This document shows, piece after piece, positions 37,325-45,439 of a stretch of DNA of 45,439 bases (the first letter of the stretch is position 1; every line of letters begins with the position of its first letter). A model generated the notes under the pieces. The model saw only the letters and a program-made list of their open reading frames with translations. It was not told where the DNA came from and searched no databases. The stretch comes from Candidatus Pacearchaeota archaeon CG1_02_32_21 (GTDB taxonomy: Archaea; Nanobdellota; Nanobdellia; Pacearchaeales; GW2011-AR1). Both the position numbers and the translations under genes were made by a program. The DNA lies in assembly GCA_001872185.1 (NCBI GenBank), contig MNVX01000021.1:1-45439 (forward strand), written 5' to 3'.

Positions 37325-38651
37325 AGTTCAATCGCCTGCAGAAAAAAAACTTGACTTCAAGGTAAAGGCAAAATGGACATTAATTATTCTCGGAGCTTTT
37401 TTTGTTCTAGCAAATATTCCTCTTTACGGACTGTCTGGAAATTCTTTATCAAGATTTGAAAACCTAGCCGTTTTGCTTGGAACAGACTTTGGAAGCATAA
37501 TTTCATTAGGTATCGGTCCCATTGTAACAGCATCTATTATTCTTCAGTTATTAGTTGGAAGTAAAATTATAAATATAGACACCTCAACTGCCGAGGGTAA
37601 AAAGTACTTTCAGGGAATACAAAAATTAATGGTTATATTTTTTGTAATATTTGAAGCATCTGTTTTTGTTCTTATGAAAGGTTTGGAAGCTTCTCCAGGA
37701 TATGTTTGGGTTGTTATAGTTCAATTAATTCTAGGTGGAATAGCAATCATGTTGATGGATGAAGTTTCTAATAAATGGGGTTTTGGCTCTGGAGTTTCAT
37801 TATTCATTGCTGCTGGAGTTTCTTGGAGACTGTTCACTAGTCTATTCCAGTTCATAGGACCTGAGGGCAATATAGCTGCAAGTGGACAGCTTTTAGTTTT
37901 GATTAACTCTATAATAAGCGGAAATACCATTGGAGCAACTATTGCTGCTGCTGCGATAATCTCAACTATATTAGTGTTTTTAATAATTGTTTGGGCCCAG
38001 TCATTAAAAGTTGAAATCCCTCTATCTTTTGACAGATTGAGAGGATATGCTATAAAATGGCCCCTTTCATTTTTCTATACTTCTGTTATGCCAGTTATAT
38101 TGGTTTCTGCTCTTGCTGCCAATATTCAATTAGCGGCCGGACTTTTGGAAAACTGGCTTGGGCATGCCACAATTTTAGGTGGATTTCAGGGAGGAGTTCC
38201 TATTTCTGGATTCTCGTTATGGATAAACTCAAGTAATTTACTACAGGCAATAATTACTGGAAGTTTCACAACAATAATGATTTGGCAGTCTATTTTTCAT
38301 ATTTTGTTTTATGTTACATTTAGTGTTTTGTTTGCATTTTTCTGGGTAAAAACAAGTGGAATGGATGCACAAACTCAGGCTAAAAATATAATGAATTCTG
38401 GACTAACAATTCCTGGATTTAGAAAAGATGAAAGAATACTTGAAAGTGTTTTAGAAAGATACATACTTCCTTTGACTATAATGGGAGGAATTGCGATTGG
38501 TTTACTATCTGCACTATCAGACCTTGCAGGAACTTTAATACAAGGAACATCATTCTTGCTAGTAATTATGATTATGTACCAGTATTATCAGCAAATAGCC
38601 CAGCAACATTCGATGGATATGGCTCCTGCACTTAAGAAATTTATCAAGTAA
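37290..38651 (+). CDS. secY: Protein translocase SecY
   Basis: LGIGPIVTASII, GSGVSLFI, IPGFR. Confidence 0.97.
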   Translation: MVVKKIIKNLPEVQSPAEKKLDFKVKAKWTLIILGAFFVLANIPLYGLSGNSLSRFENLAVLLGTDFGSIISLGIGPIVTASIILQLLVGSKIINIDTSTAEGKKYFQGIQKLMVIFFVIFEASVFVLMKGLEASPGYVWVVIVQLILGGIAIMLMDEVSNKWGFGSGVSLFIAAGVSWRLFTSLFQFIGPEGNIAASGQLLVLINSIISGNTIGATIAAAAIISTILVFLIIVWAQSLKVEIPLSFDRLRGYAIKWPLSFFYTSVMPVILVSALAANIQLAAGLLENWLGHATILGGFQGGVPISGFSLWINSSNLLQAIITGSFTTIMIWQSIFHILFYVTFSVLFAFFWVKTSGMDAQTQAKNIMNSGLTIPGFRKDERILESVLERYILPLTIMGGIAIGLLSALSDLAGTLIQGTSFLLVIMIMYQYYQQIAQQHSMDMAPALKKFIK

Positions 38652-38681
38652 ATTTAAAAACAGTGATTAGTTCTTACTAAG

Positions 38682-39218
38682 ATGGATAAAAAAAATGGTT
38701 TTTTTGGAATTATTGTTGTAATGTTCGCTTCTATGGCAATTGCCTCTTTATGGAATGTTATCCCGCAAATAAGGGACTCTATACATTATATACTCGACCC
38801 TATACTTGGTAGTTTGTTGGATTTGAACTTAACTTTTGGAATGCTAGGGATAACACTTATAATCACTCTTATAACCACTTTAATTCAGAAATATGGGACT
38901 GATCAAGAAACTCTGAAGAAACTAAAAAACGATCAAAAAAAGCTTTCTGATGATATGAAACAATACAAAAATCAGCCTGATAAAATAATGGAACTTAACA
39001 AAAAGCAGTTTGAATTTATGGGTGAAATGATGAAGCATTCTATGAGGCCTATAATATACACAGGTGTTCCACTTGTTTTACTATTCAGATGGTTTGTAGA
39101 TTATTTTGATAAAATGGCAGACTTCAGGTTTTTTGGATTTTTAACATGGTTGTGGATGTATCTAATATTTTCCATAATTTTTAGCACAATACTAAGAAAA
39201 GTATTCAAGGTTGCTTAA
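38682..39218 (+). CDS. DUF106 / EMC3-TMCO1 (Oxa1 superfamily) membrane protein
   Basis: TM-coiled coil-TM layout, WLWMY; usual position after secY. Confidence 0.88.
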   Translation: MDKKNGFFGIIVVMFASMAIASLWNVIPQIRDSIHYILDPILGSLLDLNLTFGMLGITLIITLITTLIQKYGTDQETLKKLKNDQKKLSDDMKQYKNQPDKIMELNKKQFEFMGEMMKHSMRPIIYTGVPLVLLFRWFVDYFDKMADFRFFGFLTWLWMYLIFSIIFSTILRKVFKVA

Positions 39219-39219
39219 A

Positions 39220-39615
39220 ATGGTTAAAAAAGAATTAAACATTAAAAATAAACAAGAAGAACTTTTAAAATTGCAGATATTTGAGAATCAAGTTAGCCAG
39301 TATGAGGAACAGCTTAGGATTATTGAACAGCAGATTAACGAGTTAGGTCAACTTAAAACAGATTTAGAATTCCTAGAAAAATCAAAAGAAGATGAAATTT
39401 TCAGTGAATTTGGCAAGGGAATATATATAAAATCTGTAGTCAAAAAACAATTGTTGGTTGATGTCGGATCTAAAGTTTTAGTTCCGAAAACTTTTAATGA
39501 AATAAAAGAAGTTGTTGACAGCCAGATAGAAAAGTTTGATAAAATAAAACCTGAAATTTTGAACCAAATAGAGTCTATTAATCAAGAACTTGATAAAATA
39601 ATAAATGAAAAATAA
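39220..39615 (+). CDS. pfdA: Prefoldin alpha subunit
   Basis: FGKGIYIK...LLVDVGSKVLVPKT; start moved to ATG 39220. Confidence 0.85.
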   Translation: MVKKELNIKNKQEELLKLQIFENQVSQYEEQLRIIEQQINELGQLKTDLEFLEKSKEDEIFSEFGKGIYIKSVVKKQLLVDVGSKVLVPKTFNEIKEVVDSQIEKFDKIKPEILNQIESINQELDKIINEK

Positions 39616-39691
39616 ACCTTTTGCGAAAAGGTTTCCAAAATACTTTTGTAAAAGTAACAAAACAAACCTTTGAAAAAGGTTTCCAAAATAC
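39614..39691. repeat. Cluster of AT-rich palindromes
   Basis: AAACCTTTT-GCG-AAAAGGTTT, TACTTTT-GT-AAAAGTA, AAACCTTT-GAA-AAAGGTTT; first and third both followed by CCAAAATAC. Confidence 0.75.
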
Positions 39692-39752
39692 AAAATAAAG
39701 GGGATAACATTTAAAGTGATAAGATTAAAAGGACAAAATTCTTAAAATTACC

Positions 39753-40613
39753 ATGTTAGAAATGATTCTAAGTCCTGGGAGATCTGAAAGAAGACCTTGG
39801 GAGCTCTTTTTTGTCGGAGTATTTTATGCAAGTCTTTCAGTTATCATGGTAAACTGGATATTTGCTGCTGACCCTGTTTTGTCAAGATATTCTGGGATAC
39901 TTATTGTAACCTTTGCAGTTATGTTTTCTATGCCTTATGTTTATTACACTATAAGAATGGAAGAAAATAAAAGTGCTACACTAAAAGAATTTAGGCTTTT
40001 AACAGAACATGGCAAGGCAATAAATGCATTTTTATGGCTATTTATAGGGTTTATAATAGCTTTTTCTTTTTGGTTTATAGTTCTTGGATCTCCTGACAAT
40101 TTCAGAGCCCAAATAGAAACGTACTGCTCAATAAACAATCCACAAAATTATCAGAGTTGCGTAAGTGAACATGGAATTTCTTCTGGGACAACTGGATTTG
40201 TTACTGGAAGTGTTAGTACAGGAAGCTTATTTGGGGGGATATTTACAAATAACCTTTATGTTTTGATATTTGCTGTAGTGTTTTCAGTAATATTTGGGGC
40301 TGGTGGAATATTCATCCTTACCTGGAATGCAACAGTCATATCTGCAGCAATGGTTATCTTTGCTAAATCAAATATATACAGTTTACCGTTAAGTCTTGGG
40401 AGATATATGATACATGGAATTCCTGAAATTGCAGCTTATTTCATAGGCACTTTAGCTGGGGGAATAATAGGTTTGTCAATAGTTCGGAAGGAATTTAAAA
40501 CTGAAAGGTTCTGGGACATACTTTACGACTCAGTTATACTAATAGTAATTGCTATAGTAATATTACTCTTTGCCGGAATAATAGAAGTTTTTTTGACACC
40601 CAGACTATTTTAA
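39753..40613 (+). CDS. SpoIIM/DUF95 family membrane protein
   Basis: IFTNN, HGIPEI, IEVFLTP. Confidence 0.85.
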   Translation: MLEMILSPGRSERRPWELFFVGVFYASLSVIMVNWIFAADPVLSRYSGILIVTFAVMFSMPYVYYTIRMEENKSATLKEFRLLTEHGKAINAFLWLFIGFIIAFSFWFIVLGSPDNFRAQIETYCSINNPQNYQSCVSEHGISSGTTGFVTGSVSTGSLFGGIFTNNLYVLIFAVVFSVIFGAGGIFILTWNATVISAAMVIFAKSNIYSLPLSLGRYMIHGIPEIAAYFIGTLAGGIIGLSIVRKEFKTERFWDILYDSVILIVIAIVILLFAGIIEVFLTPRLF

Positions 40614-40666
40614 AGTCATGGATACAGATTAAAAACATTTTAATACTACTATTTCTAATCTCTAAG

Positions 40667-40813
40667 ATGGCAAAATTTAGGTGTAAAAGATGCAATTACT
40701 CTTTTTCAATGGAGTCAAGAACAACCCCAAAAGTTTGTCCAAATTGTGGAAATACAAACTGCATTGGAAGGGAAAAAAGTGCTTCAGAATTACTTGATGA
40801 AACAGAAGAATAG
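40667..40813 (+). CDS. Small zinc-ribbon protein (48 aa)
   Basis: Not in track; FRCKRCNYSF...PKVCPNCG. Confidence 0.7.
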   Translation: MAKFRCKRCNYSFSMESRTTPKVCPNCGNTNCIGREKSASELLDETEE

Positions 40814-40819
40814 AATAGT

Positions 40820-43714
40820 ATGGAAAATAACAAGGAAATAGTTGAAATAAGAAAAGAAAAAATAGTAGATTTTTCTAGGAAAAATAAGTTCTTATCTATC
40901 CTAATAATTCTTACAGTTATATCATTTATATTTAGTTTCTTGGCAAAATTCTCTATAAATATTCCTCTGTTATCAAGTTATTACTCTATTCTTGGAGGCC
41001 TAAATTGGTTTTTACTTGGAACTGCTTTAGTTATTTCTTCACTATTAGTTTATTATTACAAAGGAAAATTTTTTGCCTATCCATTATTAGTATGGGTTGT
41101 CTGGATTTCTGTGTATATACGCTCTCTCAATATAACAAGATTAAAAGACATAACAACAAACACCTGGACATTGGGTCCAGATTTAGACCCTTTCTTATTT
41201 TTAAGATGGGCCAAGTATATTGTGAAAAATGGCATGTTAATGAGTGTTGATATGATGAGGTATGTTCCTTTAGGATATAATACTGCAAGGGAGCTAAAAA
41301 TGGTTCCTTATTTAATAGCTTTATTCCACGAAATTCTTTCTAAACTACCTGGTTCAATAATAAAATTTCTTCCTGGAAGCCCTAGTGAAATAAGCATAAC
41401 ATATTCTGCAATACTAATGCCAGTGTTCATGTTTGCACTTACTGTTATAGCTTTTTTCTTCTTAACAAAAGAAATATTTATTGATCAATTTAAAAATAAA
41501 AAATATCCCTATTTAATTGCACTTGTTGCTTCATTTTTTCTTAGTGTCCTTCCCCCATTATTACCAAGAACAATTGCAGGTATTCCTGAAAAAGAGTCTG
41601 TGGCTTTCTTTTTTATGTTTTTATCATTCTATGCATTTTTAAAAGCCTGGAAAAGTAAAAAAATAATTCACAGAGTAGCTCTTTCTATATTAGCTGGATT
41701 GTCTACTGGTTGCATGGCCATAACTTGGGGCGGATATAATTATATATTTTTAATACTGTTAATCTCTGTAGCCATAGCCTTTTTATTAGGCCAAGTAAAA
41801 AGAGAACATATCCTAACTTATGGTCTTTGGCTATTATTTTCATTTACTTTAATGGTCCCTTTTTCTTCGAGATATCAGTCACTTGGGCTTTTAATTGCTA
41901 TAACAACAGGATCTGCTGTTGCTTTGGGCTTAACAATGACAATACATGAACTGATTTTCAGGACAAAATTAAAAGAGCTTTATGAAAAAAGGTTCAGTAA
42001 GATACCTAAAGAATTATTTACACTAGTTATTGTTATTTTGCTGGGAATAACAGCTTCTTTAGTTATTTATGGTCCTTCCTGGATAGTTGGAGAGATTAAT
42101 AATGTTATATCTAACTTAGTAAAACCAGCAGTCTCCAGACTAATACAAACAGTTGCTGAAAACAGGCAGCCTTTTTTCAGTGAATGGGCTTATGAATTTG
42201 GCCCGGTAATATTTAAGATACCTATATTCTTCTGGCTTTTTTTTATTGGCTCAATATACTTGTTTTATACTACTTTAAGCAAATTTGACAAAAAAGACAG
42301 GATTATTTTAACATCATCTTATACAATATTTTTAATAGCAATAATATTCAGCAGGTATAATGGCAATAGTGTGCTAAATGGAACAAATTCTACTAGTTTA
42401 CTTTTATATACCTTAGGATTTGTTGTTTTACTCGCAAGTGTCGCTTATTATTATTTTAAATACTACAATAATAGTGATAAAAAATCTATAATAAAAGAAA
42501 TAAATTTCAGCATGATATTTGTTTTAGCTTTTTTCTTTTTTGCTATAATTTCTGCAAGGGGAGCTGTTAGGCTTATTATGGTATTGGTTCCGATTACTTC
42601 AATTATAGTTGCTTTTTTTATTGCATCAATGGTTGAAAAAGCAGGAAAAGAAAATAAGGGTAAAAATTACTTAATAGCATCAGTATTTTTAGTATTAATA
42701 TTATCTTTTGCAGGATTGCAATTTTATCAAGCTAGCGCCTCTCAGGCTTCAATTTATGCTCCTTCATATTACAACTATCAGTGGGAGAGAGCTATGTCTT
42801 GGGTGAGAGAAAGTACTCCGGAAAATGCTGTGTTTGGACATTGGTGGGATTATGGATATTGGTTGCAAAGCATAGGAGAGAGAGCAACTATTTTGGACGG
42901 AGGAAATGCAATATCTTACTGGAATCATCTTATGGGAAGATATGTACTAACAAGTTCTAGTGATGATGACGCTTTAGAATTTTTGTATTCTCATAATGCG
43001 ACACATTACCTAATAGATTCTACTGAAATTGGGAAATATGGCGCTTATAGTTTAATAGGATCAAATCCTAGCTTGGACAGGCAAAGTTTTATTCCTACAA
43101 TAGTACTGGATCAAAAACAGTCAAGAGAAACAAAAGACGGGATGATGTATGTATATTCTACAGGCGTATCTCTTGATGAAGATATCTTATTAGAAGGAAA
43201 TAACACACAGATAATTACAAAAGAAAACTCTGGCATTGTAGCTTTTACAGTTGAAGAATCAAATGGAAATTTAATGCAACCTAAGGCAGTAATAATCAGC
43301 CAGGGCAAACAAATAAGCTTGGGATTAAGGTATGTTTATTATAATGGAGAATTGAAAGATTTTGGGAATGGCATTGATGCTGGCTTATTTTTAATGGATG
43401 CTTATAATCAAAATAACAATCAATTGTCAATGGTAAAAAGAGGTGCTGGGTTTTACTTAAGCCCTAGAACTGTCCATTCTTTTTTGGCGAGGAAATATTT
43501 ATTCGGTGAAGAGGGTAATTTTAAATTAGCCCATTCTGAACCATCTGAAGTTGTTAGTTTATTAAGATCTCAAGAAATAAATGTAAGTGATTATATATAC
43601 TTTCAAAGCAACTTTTTTGGTCCGATAAAAATTTGGGAGATAAATTATCCAAGCAACATAAAGGTTAATGAAGACTATCTTAAAACAAGTTATCCTAATG
43701 AAATAAAATTTTAA
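40820..43714 (+). CDS. aglB: Oligosaccharyltransferase AglB (STT3)
   Basis: WWDYG, TVAE, many TM helices. Confidence 0.95.
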   Translation: MENNKEIVEIRKEKIVDFSRKNKFLSILIILTVISFIFSFLAKFSINIPLLSSYYSILGGLNWFLLGTALVISSLLVYYYKGKFFAYPLLVWVVWISVYIRSLNITRLKDITTNTWTLGPDLDPFLFLRWAKYIVKNGMLMSVDMMRYVPLGYNTARELKMVPYLIALFHEILSKLPGSIIKFLPGSPSEISITYSAILMPVFMFALTVIAFFFLTKEIFIDQFKNKKYPYLIALVASFFLSVLPPLLPRTIAGIPEKESVAFFFMFLSFYAFLKAWKSKKIIHRVALSILAGLSTGCMAITWGGYNYIFLILLISVAIAFLLGQVKREHILTYGLWLLFSFTLMVPFSSRYQSLGLLIAITTGSAVALGLTMTIHELIFRTKLKELYEKRFSKIPKELFTLVIVILLGITASLVIYGPSWIVGEINNVISNLVKPAVSRLIQTVAENRQPFFSEWAYEFGPVIFKIPIFFWLFFIGSIYLFYTTLSKFDKKDRIILTSSYTIFLIAIIFSRYNGNSVLNGTNSTSLLLYTLGFVVLLASVAYYYFKYYNNSDKKSIIKEINFSMIFVLAFFFFAIISARGAVRLIMVLVPITSIIVAFFIASMVEKAGKENKGKNYLIASVFLVLILSFAGLQFYQASASQASIYAPSYYNYQWERAMSWVRESTPENAVFGHWWDYGYWLQSIGERATILDGGNAISYWNHLMGRYVLTSSSDDDALEFLYSHNATHYLIDSTEIGKYGAYSLIGSNPSLDRQSFIPTIVLDQKQSRETKDGMMYVYSTGVSLDEDILLEGNNTQIITKENSGIVAFTVEESNGNLMQPKAVIISQGKQISLGLRYVYYNGELKDFGNGIDAGLFLMDAYNQNNNQLSMVKRGAGFYLSPRTVHSFLARKYLFGEEGNFKLAHSEPSEVVSLLRSQEINVSDYIYFQSNFFGPIKIWEINYPSNIKVNEDYLKTSYPNEIKF

Positions 43715-43715
43715 A

Positions 43716-44732
43716 ATGGCTATAGACTTAAGACTTGCACTTCCGCTTACACTGAGTTTTATTATAGTTATATTAGTAATACCTATATGGATCAAAAAGG
43801 CAAAATGCATTGGACTAATATGGGAGGATATGAACAAATTTCAAAAAACTTATGTTGCAGGCTCTGGAGGATTGATTGTTTTACTTGGTTTTGTTATAGG
43901 ATTATTAAGCTATGTTGCTTACAGAGTGTTTATATTAAATGAGGGTAATCACTTTCTTGTTGAGATCTTTGCGTTACTTGCAGTTATTTTAATCTTAGGA
44001 GGTATTGGATTAATAGATGACCTGCTTGGATGGAGACGCGGTGGATTAAAAAGGGTAACCAGAATACTACTTGTGGCATTTGCATCTATACCTTTAGTTG
44101 CAATAAATGCTGGCAGATCAGTTATAGCCTTACCTATTTTTGGAAATGTGGACCTTGGCATATTATACCCTGTTTTAATAATTCCAATTGGAATAGTCGG
44201 AGCAGTTACAACATTTAATTTTTTAGCTGGTTTTAATGGTCAAGAGGCAGGGCAAGGCATTATAATTCTTACTGCACTTTCAATAGTTGCTTATTTAACT
44301 GGAAGCCCTTGGCTAACGGTAATAGCTTTATGCATGGTGGCTGCATTATGTGCATTTTTATTTTTTAATTACTCTCCAGCAAAAATATTTCCTGGTGATT
44401 CCTTAACATATTCCGTCGGAGGATTAATAGCAATAATGGCAATAATTGGGAACTTTGAAAGAATTGCTGTTTTTTTCTTTATTCCATATATTATAGAAAC
44501 AGCATTAAAGTCAAGGGGAAAGCTAATAAAACAAAGCTTTGGAAAACCTAATAGTGAAGGAAACTTAGATTTGAAGTACAACAAAATTTACAGTTTAAAC
44601 CATGTAGCAATATTTCTGCTAAATAAAACAAAAATGAAAGCAAATGAAGAAAAAGTTACATTGTCGATATGGTTATTTCAAATATTAGTGATAATACTCG
44701 GTTTTATAATTTTTAACAGGAGTTTATTTTAG
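43716..44732 (+). CDS. UDP-GlcNAc:polyprenyl-phosphate GlcNAc-1-phosphotransferase (AglH/MraY-like)
   Basis: GLIDD, NFLAGFNG, IFPGD. Confidence 0.9.
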   Translation: MAIDLRLALPLTLSFIIVILVIPIWIKKAKCIGLIWEDMNKFQKTYVAGSGGLIVLLGFVIGLLSYVAYRVFILNEGNHFLVEIFALLAVILILGGIGLIDDLLGWRRGGLKRVTRILLVAFASIPLVAINAGRSVIALPIFGNVDLGILYPVLIIPIGIVGAVTTFNFLAGFNGQEAGQGIIILTALSIVAYLTGSPWLTVIALCMVAALCAFLFFNYSPAKIFPGDSLTYSVGGLIAIMAIIGNFERIAVFFFIPYIIETALKSRGKLIKQSFGKPNSEGNLDLKYNKIYSLNHVAIFLLNKTKMKANEEKVTLSIWLFQILVIILGFIIFNRSLF

Positions 44733-44734
44733 TT

Positions 44735-45439
44735 ATGAAAAACAAGTTTTTCAATACTATCTTTGGAGGAAGCCTGCTTTTATTAATAACAATTAATATT
44801 TTTTTTGTTTTAAATTATTTTTTTCATTTTGCCATGGCAAGAATGCTTCCTATCGAGCAGTATGGAATTCTCGTTACTCTTTACTCAATAATCTACATAA
44901 CGGCAGTTTTTTCAGAATCTATTCAGTTGGTAATATCTAAGTATACTACAGAAAAAAATGATGGTGAAGTTAAAAACTTAATTAAAAAGTCCTCTATAAG
45001 ATCATTCAAAATATCTTTCTATTTATTTTTAGTTTATTTGGTTATAGCATACCCACTTTCAATAATTATTAAGATAGATTATCCATTAGTCGCCCTTACA
45101 GGTACTATAATTTTCAGCTCTTTTTTGCTACCTATAACTAGGGGGGTTTTACAGGGTAATAAAAGATTTGGAACTCTTGGGTTTAACATGATTAGCGAAG
45201 CTGTTGTTAAATTATCTTCTGCTATATTTTTAGTTATGGTCGGATGGATGATTTATGGGGCCATAGTTGCAACATTGTTAGGAACTTATTTCTCTTTATT
45301 GATATCTTTTGTAAGCTTAAAAGATATCTTCAAGGGTGAAGAAATAAAATCAAAAAATCCCGGAATATATGCGTACAGTGCTCCTGTTTTTGTGGCAATA
45401 ATCGCAGTAATTGTTTTTTATAGTATTGATGTAATAATA
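44735..45439 (+). CDS. Oligosaccharide flippase (Wzx-like), 3'-truncated
   Basis: Not in track; MKNKFF...ARMLPIEQYG...RGVLQG, multi-TM, open to window end. Confidence 0.85.
   Translation, partial: MKNKFFNTIFGGSLLLLITINIFFVLNYFFHFAMARMLPIEQYGILVTLYSIIYITAVFSESIQLVISKYTTEKNDGEVKNLIKKSSIRSFKISFYLFLVYLVIAYPLSIIIKIDYPLVALTGTIIFSSFLLPITRGVLQGNKRFGTLGFNMISEAVVKLSSAIFLVMVGWMIYGAIVATLLGTYFSLLISFVSLKDIFKGEEIKSKNPGIYAYSAPVFVAIIAVIVFYSIDVII

Noticed and set aside
25811..44584. Many short antisense or off-frame ORFs over ribosomal and glycosylation genes
   Set aside because: Shadow frames of well-supported genes with no independent signals.

Overview
AT-rich chromosomal segment of a reduced-genome archaeon, most consistent with DPANN (Pacearchaeota-like; inferred from gene content and divergent ribosomal proteins). 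1-~5770 is one end of an integrated virus/plasmid-like element: a truncated primase-like/CHC2 zinc finger/AAA+ helicase fusion missing from the ORF track, a coupled run of small Cys-rich ORFs behind a structured leader RNA, a divergent gene and a tyrosine recombinase. Next to it are palindromic recombination- or operator-like sites, two of which bracket a membrane-protein gene. 7-21 kb is housekeeping (sepF, prefoldin, rpoP, eL43, tRNA-Pro, uL11, spt5, secE, ftsZ, eIF5A, eL40, uL1/uL10/P1, tRNA-Ser) plus a stand-alone 13-aa Lys/Arg micro-gene. 21476-25185 is a complete 3.7-kb IS6-family transposon with terminal inverted repeats and a 9-bp target duplication, carrying a zinc-ribbon microprotein, a DNA methyltransferase and a PD-(D/E)XK nuclease. 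25.3-39.6 kb is the S10-spc ribosomal superoperon with three extra ORFs inserted at stop/start overlaps, followed by an N-glycosylation cluster (aglB, GlcNAc-1-P transferase, flippase). All calls are by eye; no searches were run.
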